NCBI GenBank assembly: GCA_017510605.1
Contig: JAFWMQ010000008.1
Coordinates: 82,234-146,233 of the forward strand
Reading direction: 5' to 3'
DNA from: Clostridiales bacterium
GTDB taxonomy: Bacteria; Bacillota; Clostridia; Saccharofermentanales; Saccharofermentanaceae
Length of the DNA stretch: 64,000 nt
This document shows, one piece after another, positions 57,037-64,000 of this stretch. The position numbers and the translations under genes were made by a program. The notes below the pieces were generated by a model. That model had not been told where the DNA came from and ran no database searches. It saw only the letters and a program-made list of their open reading frames with translations. Numbering within the stretch: the first letter of the stretch is position 1; each line of letters starts with the position of its first letter.

Positions 57037-57111
57037 GTTCTGAGTGCGGAAGGCATGTCCTGACGCGGAAGGCTTTAAGTAAATCTTTCTATACTTAAAT
57101 TGCTTCAGAAC
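57037..57111 (+). ncRNA. Candidate structured 5' leader RNA of the hydrogenase maturation operon
   Basis: Closing stem GTTCTGAG/TTCAGAAC, two GCGGAAGGC units, stem TTTAAGTA/TACTTAAA; begins at the predicted TSS of TTGCCA-16-TATGCT. Confidence 0.45.
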
Positions 57112-57142
57112 CTTGTTTGCCTATAGGGCGAAAGGAGGTCAA

Positions 57143-57400
57143 ATGGAGACGAGAGTTGCTATTATCGGCATTATTGTCGAGAATCCCGAATCAGTTTCGC
57201 AGATCAATGACATACTCCACGATGTGAGGGATTATGTCGTCGGAAGGATGGGTATTCCTTATCGTGAAAGGAATATCTCTATCATTAGTGTCGTTGTCGA
57301 TGCTCCCGAGAATCTGATAAGTTCGGTATCCGGCAAACTCGGCATGCTCGACGGCGTTTCTGCAAAGATAACGTATTCGAGACTTGCCAAGAATGACTGA
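57143..57400 (+). CDS. TM1266-family iron-only hydrogenase system regulator (ACT-like)
   Basis: RVAIIGIIVE...INDILHD...GRMGIPYRE...ISVVVDA...GKLG; first gene of the hydEGF operon. Confidence 0.88.
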   Translation: METRVAIIGIIVENPESVSQINDILHDVRDYVVGRMGIPYRERNISIISVVVDAPENLISSVSGKLGMLDGVSAKITYSRLAKND

Positions 57401-58472
57401 CATCCGTGACATAACAGAAAAGCTTTTTGCGGCTGAAAATCTCACTCGTGATGAGATCATCTGTCTTCTCGAAAACCAGACTACTGAACTGCAGTCTTAT
57501 CTTGCGGAAAAAGCTTCGGCAACAGCAAGAAAATACTACGGAAACAAGGTCTTTGTAAGAGGTCTCATCGAGTTCACCAACTACTGCAGGAACAACTGTT
57601 ATTACTGCGGTATCAGGTGCGGCAACAAAAACGCTTCCAGGTACAGGCTTACCAAAGAAGAGATCATTGAGTGTGCATCACACGGTTACGAGCTCGGATT
57701 CAGGACGATAGTTCTTCAGGGCGGTGAAGATGCGTATTTCACGGATAAGATGATGACGGATATCATCCGTTCGATCAAGAAAGATCATCCGGATGTTGCG
57801 GTCACGTTATCGATAGGCGAGAAGAGCTATGAATCCTACAAAGCTTTTTTCGATGCAGGCGCTGACAGATATCTTCTGAGGCATGAGACAGCTGATTTCG
57901 GTCATTATGCAAAACTCCATCCGTCTAATCTTTCTGCAGAGAACAGGCAGAATTGCCTGTACAACCTGAAGAAGATAGGTTTTCAGACAGGAGCAGGATT
58001 CATGGTGGGTTCGCCTTATCAGACGAATGAGAATATTGCAGATGATCTGTTGTTCCTGAAAAAACTTGATCCTGAGATGATCGGCATAGGACCGTTTATT
58101 CCTCATAAGGATACGGTGTTTGCAGAAGAGAAAGCAGGCGAACTGGATCAGGTCCTTTACCTGCTCAGCATAATAAGACTGATGCTTCCGACGGTTCTGC
58201 TTCCGGCTACGACGGCGCTCGGAACGATAGATCCCAGAGGAAGGGAGCTCGGTATCCTCGCAGGCGCAAACGTCGTAATGCCGAATCTGTCCCCCGTGGG
58301 TGTCAGAAAAAAATATGACCTGTACGACAACAAGATCTGCACAGGCGAAGAAGCGGCCGAATGCATGAATTGTCTAAAGAACAGGATAAGTAACATAGGC
58401 TACGGGATCGTCACCGACAGGGGCGATAACATCAGATTCATTAATAACAAAAATACTACGAAAGAAGGTTAA
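57393..58472 (+). CDS. hydE: [FeFe]-hydrogenase maturation radical SAM protein HydE
   Basis: RGLIEFTNYCRNNCYYCG, YLLRHETA, GPFIPH, PATTALG, GANVVMPN, YDNK. Confidence 0.95.
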   Translation: MTDIRDITEKLFAAENLTRDEIICLLENQTTELQSYLAEKASATARKYYGNKVFVRGLIEFTNYCRNNCYYCGIRCGNKNASRYRLTKEEIIECASHGYELGFRTIVLQGGEDAYFTDKMMTDIIRSIKKDHPDVAVTLSIGEKSYESYKAFFDAGADRYLLRHETADFGHYAKLHPSNLSAENRQNCLYNLKKIGFQTGAGFMVGSPYQTNENIADDLLFLKKLDPEMIGIGPFIPHKDTVFAEEKAGELDQVLYLLSIIRLMLPTVLLPATTALGTIDPRGRELGILAGANVVMPNLSPVGVRKKYDLYDNKICTGEEAAECMNCLKNRISNIGYGIVTDRGDNIRFINNKNTTKEG

Positions 58473-58476
58473 TTAT

Positions 58477-59892
58477 ATGTACGATCCTAAATCAATGAAA
58501 GCAGAAGAATTTATCGACGACAGCGAGATACTCGAATCTCTGAAATATGCCGATGAGAATAAGAATAATGTTGAATTAATCGATGAGATACTGGAGAAGG
58601 CCAGAGAGCGTAAAGGTCTTTCGCACCGCGACGCATCAGTACTGCTCGCTTGTGAGATCCCCGAGAAGAACGAAGAGATCTATGCTCTCGCAGAGCAGAT
58701 AAAGAAGGATTTCTATGGCAACAGGATAGTGCTTTTCGCGCCCCTGTATCTGTCAAATTACTGCATCAACGGATGTATCTACTGTCCTTATCACGGAAAG
58801 AACAAGACTATTCCGAGAGTTAAGCTTACACAGGAACAGATCAAGGCAGAGGTTATCGCTTTGCAGGACATGGGACACAAGAGACTTGCGATCGAAGCCG
58901 GCGAGGATCCTGTAAATAACCCTATCGAATATATCTTGGAGAGCATTAAGACGATATATTCCATCAAGCACAAGAACGGTGCGATCAGACGTGTAAACGT
59001 CAACATCGCTGCTACTACCGTAGAGAATTACCGTAAGCTTCACGAGGCAGGAATCGGAACATACATCCTTTTCCAGGAGACCTACCACAAAGAGTCTTAT
59101 GAGATCCTTCATCCGACAGGACCCAAGCATGATTATGCCTACCACACAGAAGCAATGGACAGAGCTATGGAAGGCGGAATCGATGACGTAGGTTTGGGCG
59201 TCCTCTTTGGTCTTGATAAATACCGCTACGAGTTTGCCGGGATCCTCATGCACGCAGAGCATCTGGAAGCGGTTCACGGTGTCGGTCCGCATACGATCTC
59301 CGTTCCGAGACTTTGCCCTGCAGATGATATCGATGTAAATGATTTCTCCAACGCGATCGACGACGATACATTTGCGAAAATCGTTGCATGCATAAGGATT
59401 GCTGTTCCTTACACCGGCATGATCGTTTCGACACGTGAATCACAGAAGTCCAGAGAACGAGTTCTCCACCTCGGCATCTCACAGATCTCGGGTGGTTCCA
59501 GAACATCTGTCGGCGGATACACACATGAGGAAAGAGTTGATGAGACAGCCCAGTTCGACGTATCCGATACGCGTTCTCTCGATGAAGTCATGAAGTGGCT
59601 GATCGACATGGATTACGTTCCGTCTTTCTGTACGGCATGCTACCGTGAAGGCAGGACCGGCGACAGGTTTATGGCACTCTGCAAGGCTAAGCAGATCCAG
59701 AACTGCTGCCTGCCGAATGCACTCATGACACTTAAGGAATACCTTGTCGATTATGCTTCCCCCGAGACGCGCGAAGTCGGCGAGAAACTTATCGAGAAGA
59801 ACATCCCTGACGTAACAAATGAGAAGGCACGTGCAGTTCTCCGCGACAGACTTGTTGCGATCGAGAACGGAGAGAGAGACTTCAGATTCTAA
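58477..59892 (+). CDS. hydG: [FeFe]-hydrogenase maturation radical SAM protein HydG
   Basis: FAPLYLSNYCINGCIYC, LFQETYH, HTISVPR, SFCTACYR...C, RDFRF. Confidence 0.96.
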   Translation: MYDPKSMKAEEFIDDSEILESLKYADENKNNVELIDEILEKARERKGLSHRDASVLLACEIPEKNEEIYALAEQIKKDFYGNRIVLFAPLYLSNYCINGCIYCPYHGKNKTIPRVKLTQEQIKAEVIALQDMGHKRLAIEAGEDPVNNPIEYILESIKTIYSIKHKNGAIRRVNVNIAATTVENYRKLHEAGIGTYILFQETYHKESYEILHPTGPKHDYAYHTEAMDRAMEGGIDDVGLGVLFGLDKYRYEFAGILMHAEHLEAVHGVGPHTISVPRLCPADDIDVNDFSNAIDDDTFAKIVACIRIAVPYTGMIVSTRESQKSRERVLHLGISQISGGSRTSVGGYTHEERVDETAQFDVSDTRSLDEVMKWLIDMDYVPSFCTACYREGRTGDRFMALCKAKQIQNCCLPNALMTLKEYLVDYASPETREVGEKLIEKNIPDVTNEKARAVLRDRLVAIENGERDFRF

Positions 59893-59923
59893 AATCAGTG
59901 CTTGTGAAGATTTGAGGTAAAAC

Positions 59924-61063
59924 ATGGAAAGAACACACATTGCTTTTTTCGGGCGCCGTAATGCAGGCAAGTCGAGTCTGGTGAACAGATTTACTTCGCA
60001 GGAATTGTCCATCGTTTCTGATGTGGCCGGAACTACGACCGACCCCGTCAGGAAGACGATGGAACTGCTGCCGCTGGGTCCTGTTGTTATAATTGACACT
60101 CCGGGTATAGATGATGAAGGCGCGCTCGGTAATCAGAGGATCGAGCGGAGTTTAAGAGTTATCGATGAGACCGATATCGCGATCCTTGTTGTCGACGGAA
60201 GTATCGGTCCGGGAGAGGATGAGAAACAGCTGATCGATGTCTTTGTTAAGCGTAAGATTCCTTACCTGGTCGTTGTGAATAAGAGTGATCTCGGCAATGT
60301 TTCCGCGCCTGAAGATGCAATGACCGTAAGTGCTCTGGACGGCTCCGGAATCAATGAGCTAAAAGAGCGGGTTGCTGTTATCATCAAAGAACGCAAGGTC
60401 CGTCCGCTCGTGTCTGATCTTGTTGAAGAAGGCGATATTGTTGTTCTCGTTGTTCCTATAGATAAATCTGCACCAAAAGACAGACTGATCCTGCCGCAGC
60501 AGATGGTCATCCGTGATCTTCTCGGAAAGGGCGCGATCCCTGTAGTGGTAAAAGATACTGAACTTGATATCGCTCTTTCAAAAGTCGGTAAGGTCAGGAT
60601 GGTGATCACTGACAGCCAGGTTTTCGGGAAGGTATCAAAGATCGTTCCTTTGGATATTCCGCTGACGTCGTTCTCGATCCTTATGGCCAGATTCAAAGGC
60701 ATACTCGATCAGTCGATCGGGGGAGCGAATATGCTGGACAGTCTCGGGAACGGAGCTAAGATCCTCATCAGTGAGGGATGTACCCATCACCGTCAGTGCG
60801 AAGATATCGGAACGGTCAAACTTCCTAATTGGATCAGGGAATATACAGGAAAGGATTTCGAGTTCTCATTTACATCAGGACTTGAGTTCCCGAAGGATCT
60901 GTCTTCATTCGATCTCATAATCCACTGCGGCGCATGCATGCTCGGCGAGACTGAGGTAGCAAGCCGCTATAGAAAGGCCGCAGATCAGGGCATACCTATG
61001 ACCAACTACGGAATTGCGATCGGAAAGATGAAGGGAATCCTCGACAGGGTAATCAGCTTCTGA
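59924..61063 (+). CDS. hydF: [FeFe]-hydrogenase maturation GTPase HydF
   Basis: GRRNAGKSS, GTTTDPV, DTPG, NKSD, EGCTHH, IHCGACM. Confidence 0.95.
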   Translation: MERTHIAFFGRRNAGKSSLVNRFTSQELSIVSDVAGTTTDPVRKTMELLPLGPVVIIDTPGIDDEGALGNQRIERSLRVIDETDIAILVVDGSIGPGEDEKQLIDVFVKRKIPYLVVVNKSDLGNVSAPEDAMTVSALDGSGINELKERVAVIIKERKVRPLVSDLVEEGDIVVLVVPIDKSAPKDRLILPQQMVIRDLLGKGAIPVVVKDTELDIALSKVGKVRMVITDSQVFGKVSKIVPLDIPLTSFSILMARFKGILDQSIGGANMLDSLGNGAKILISEGCTHHRQCEDIGTVKLPNWIREYTGKDFEFSFTSGLEFPKDLSSFDLIIHCGACMLGETEVASRYRKAADQGIPMTNYGIAIGKMKGILDRVISF

Positions 61064-61108
61064 AGCCACCCGTGTCGCTGACAGTGAAAATACGATACAA
61101 TAGTCCGT

Positions 61109-62200
61109 ATGATACTGCCTGATTACAAAAACTCGATCGCGAATCTGCCGAATTCGGTATTGAAATATTTCGGCGTGGAGACTGTGGGTGATACGTTGCC
61201 CATTTTCGATACGCTCCTCGAAAAAACCTACAAAAATGTTGTAGTCCTTCTTCTTGACGGTTTGGGAATAAGCACGATACATGAGCACCTCAAGGAAGAC
61301 GGCGCGTTCCTTACGCATCTTAAGGGTGAATACAGTTCAACATTTATCGCGACAACTGTAGCGGCAACGACATCTGCTCTTTCGGGGCTTCAGCCCTGCG
61401 AGCATTCATGGCTTGGATGGGATTGTTATTTTCCGCAGATCGATAAGACGGTTACGGTTTATCTTAATAGTGTCACCGGAACAAAAACACCTGCTGCCGA
61501 TTACAATGTTGCCTGGAAATACATACCGTATGAGAATGTTATCGAGAGACTGAATAAAGCCGGTCACAAAGCATATGCCGTGACTCCGTTTTTTCCTCCG
61601 AATCCGCAGACATTTGAAGAGATCATCGAACATATAAAAGATCATTGCAAAGAGCCTGAGCGGAAATACATCTATGCGTACTGGCCTTCTCCTGATGATT
61701 TTCTTCACCTCTACGGAGGGGGCTCGAAAGAGGTCTTCGATAATATGAAATACCTTGAAGATAAAGTGAGTGCTCTTGCAGATGAACTTGAAGACACGCT
61801 CCTTGTCGTCACGGCTGACCACGGTCACATAAACTCAGACAGCGCTATGATCAATGATTATCCGAAGATCACGGAGTGTCTTGAGAGAATTCCTTCATTC
61901 GAACCGCGTGCGCTAAATTTCTTTGTAAAAAAGGGAAAAGAAGAACAATTCAAAGACGAGTTCAACAAGGAATTCGGAGACAAATTTGTTCTGATGACAC
62001 GCGAAGAAGTCTTTGATAAAAAACTCTTTGGAACCGGCAAAGAACATCCCAGGTTCCGCAGCATGGTCGGTGATTATATTGCGATCGCCGTTAGCGACCT
62101 GTCGCTCTACTATACCGATGAAGAGACTTTGAAGTCGGTTCATGCAGGCATGACTGAAAATGAGATGAAAATACCGTTCATTGTTTTCGGGGAAAAATAA
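61109..62200 (+). CDS. Alkaline phosphatase superfamily (type I phosphodiesterase/nucleotide pyrophosphatase-like)
   Basis: VLLLDGLG, ATTVAATTS, PDDFLHLYG, VTADHGH, HAG. Confidence 0.88.
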   Translation: MILPDYKNSIANLPNSVLKYFGVETVGDTLPIFDTLLEKTYKNVVVLLLDGLGISTIHEHLKEDGAFLTHLKGEYSSTFIATTVAATTSALSGLQPCEHSWLGWDCYFPQIDKTVTVYLNSVTGTKTPAADYNVAWKYIPYENVIERLNKAGHKAYAVTPFFPPNPQTFEEIIEHIKDHCKEPERKYIYAYWPSPDDFLHLYGGGSKEVFDNMKYLEDKVSALADELEDTLLVVTADHGHINSDSAMINDYPKITECLERIPSFEPRALNFFVKKGKEEQFKDEFNKEFGDKFVLMTREEVFDKKLFGTGKEHPRFRSMVGDYIAIAVSDLSLYYTDEETLKSVHAGMTENEMKIPFIVFGEK

Positions 62201-62212
62201 TACCGGATATTC

Positions 62213-62923
62213 TCACCTGAGTTTTTTCGCGAGCCTGCCTGTAAGATCATATAATGCATATTCGATTATCAGGACCGCTGTGATTAATATGACAAGACCT
62301 GCTAAATAAAGACTCTTTCCCGTAAAGTTGTGAATCCATTCCAAAGGCGAATTCTGAGGCGGGTAGCTGAGGAACATATAGTTCTGGCCGGACCTGGTGT
62401 TAAGAAGATATATCGGAGGTACCACGATGAGAAGAAACAGGTACGGATACCAGAAATGCCTGAAAGATGCGTGTGCCTTGCCTTTGACAAGAAAGGCCAG
62501 AGGGATAAAGACCAGTAATGAATGAGTCAGGAAACACAGCAGAGGAAGATATGACCAGAAGGGTCTGTATGTCCAGTCTGGAAAGAGCAATGCAGCAACG
62601 GATCCCGGCATGATGAGAATAAGTGATATCTCAGTAAAGAATGATCGTGCTTTCCCGTGTGTGAATGATGCCGCGAGATTAACAAAAATACCGAGGTTGC
62701 ACAGGTGGAACGGCAGAAAGCCCATAATATCGCCGCCTTCACGTACGAGCAGGATATCCTGAACTGTCTCACCGATCAGGGTTATGAACGACAGGATAAG
62801 CACGGTGAGATCAGCAGTTTTGTCTGAGCTCCTTCGTAAGATCAGAAGCCCTATGGTTATCGCAACAGTTATTGTAATGAGCATACCGATGTGCTCAGGA
62901 CAGAAATGCTCGAAAAAATTCAT
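62213..62923 (-). CDS. YwaF/TMEM164-like integral membrane protein
   Basis: LPFHLCNL, ALLFPDW, THSLL, NYMFL; multiple TM helices. Confidence 0.8.
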   Translation of the reverse strand: MNFFEHFCPEHIGMLITITVAITIGLLILRRSSDKTADLTVLILSFITLIGETVQDILLVREGGDIMGFLPFHLCNLGIFVNLAASFTHGKARSFFTEISLILIMPGSVAALLFPDWTYRPFWSYLPLLCFLTHSLLVFIPLAFLVKGKAHASFRHFWYPYLFLLIVVPPIYLLNTRSGQNYMFLSYPPQNSPLEWIHNFTGKSLYLAGLVILITAVLIIEYALYDLTGRLAKKLR

Positions 62924-62969
62924 CGCGGTAAACGCTTTCTTTTTGAAATAATTGTATCACGAGGGGAAT

Positions 62970-63088
62970 GGGGTAAATAGTTCAGGTAAAAGTTCAGGTA
63001 GCAGCCTGAAGAATTACCTAAAAAAAAGAGTAAATCAGACGAAATTCGGGTAAAAGTTCAGGTAGTAGCCTGAACTTCTACCTGAACT
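62970..63088. repeat. REP-like iterated inverted-repeat element (AGTTCAGGTA core)
   Basis: Two 64-bp-period units, each with two forward and two inverted core copies. Confidence 0.8.
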
Positions 63089-63198
63089 ATCAAGGAACCG
63101 GTTGGATGAAAACTAATGTCTTTTGTGCATTTCCACAGATTGCAAAACATATAATATAAATTATATTGTAGTCAAACAAAATCAACTTTGAGGTTTAT

Positions 63199-64000
63199 AT
63201 GAATAAAAGCAGTAAGACGTTGTTTATTACACTCGGCGCGACCTTTGTCCTTATGGCATTACTGGTTGCCTATTCAACACGTCTGATGTATACATCCTCT
63301 TATTCATATATCAATGAACTGGGCAACGATAAGACAGCGGCTGTCACAGCCGACATGGAAAACTACCTGGAGACCGCCAGATCAGTTCTCTGGGTGGCAG
63401 CAGATACCGTTGACCATATGGTTGCGAACGGAGCGACTAACGAGGAAATAGTTGAATATATCACCCGTGAGTCAGCAAATACTGCTTCACAGTTCGACGA
63501 AACATATACGGGAATTTATGGTGTCATTAACGGTGAATATGTGGACGGCGTCGGCTGGACACCTCCGGATGACTACGATCCCACGGCAAGAGACTGGTAT
63601 AAGGATACTGTTGCTGCAGGCGGTCAGCCGCTTGTCGTATCTCCTTATGTAGATGCTCAGACCGGGAATGTGATAATCTCTGTGTGCAAGGCGCTTACAG
63701 ACACGAATAACGTTCTGGGACTTGATCTTACGCTTACCGGTGTTCAGGAAACTGTAGAGAATATACAGATAAACGGCAGCGGTTACGCTTTTGTCCTTAA
63801 TTATGACGGAACAGTCGTAGCTCACAGCGACAGCGCAGAGAAAGGTAAAAACTACAGTGAGATCCCTGAGAAAACAGCTCTTTTCGAGAAGGGATTAAGT
63901 GTCGATAAGGGCAACTTCGATATGGAGATCGACGGTAAGAAATGCACTGTGTTTGTTGATGAGGTTCTTAACCAGTGGCATCTGTTTATCGTTGTCGAGA
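63199..64000 (+). CDS. Membrane sensor with dCache_1 domain, truncated by the window edge (output domain unseen)
   Basis: Not in the ORF track. ATG 63199; N-terminal TM; YDPTARDWY, SPYVDAQTG, VLGLD, GYAFV...VAH. Confidence 0.9.
   Translation, partial: MNKSSKTLFITLGATFVLMALLVAYSTRLMYTSSYSYINELGNDKTAAVTADMENYLETARSVLWVAADTVDHMVANGATNEEIVEYITRESANTASQFDETYTGIYGVINGEYVDGVGWTPPDDYDPTARDWYKDTVAAGGQPLVVSPYVDAQTGNVIISVCKALTDTNNVLGLDLTLTGVQETVENIQINGSGYAFVLNYDGTVVAHSDSAEKGKNYSEIPEKTALFEKGLSVDKGNFDMEIDGKKCTVFVDEVLNQWHLFIVVE

Noticed and set aside
57037-57111. TPP or SAM riboswitch before hydEGF
   Set aside because: Only fragments (CTGAG, CCTGA) resemble TPP. The CTGAGA and TAAT/P5 elements and the SAM-I core are missing.
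1-64000. tRNA, rRNA, prophage or restriction-modification/defence island
   Set aside because: No T-loop or anticodon-arm patterns, rRNA signatures, phage structural genes or recognisable defence genes were seen by eye; tRNAscan-SE and DefenseFinder were not run.

Overview
Chromosomal segment of an anaerobic Firmicute (Clostridia). A rumen Oscillospiraceae/Saccharofermentans-like organism is my inference from gene content. Housekeeping and metabolic loci are mnmA, pheA, murT-gatD and the [FeFe]-hydrogenase maturation operon (TM1266-family regulator, hydE, hydG, hydF). The rest is accessory: four c-di-GMP enzymes, a truncated Cache sensor, about 10 GNAT domains, three TetR modules with visible operators, zinc-ribbon membrane proteins, an M13 peptidase plus ABC operon, an MFS transporter and a GT1 glycosyltransferase. 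I saw no CRISPR array, tRNA/rRNA, integrase or transposase. Signals the ORF track does not explain: (1) an orphan PD-(D/E)XK/Vsr-like nuclease gene bracketed by two 101-bp, 82%-identical hairpin-forming direct repeats; (2) two intergenic REP-like arrays with different cores but similar spacing (31.0 and 63.0 kb); (3) a complete Phe-rich leader-peptide attenuator on pheA in place of a T-box; (4) a GatD lacking its catalytic Cys and His; (5) a structured 5' leader on the hydrogenase maturation operon; (6) a leader-peptide attenuator on the MFS gene; (7) an EAL-GNAT fusion; (8) a glutathione peroxidase remnant. All folds, alignments and family calls were made by eye.
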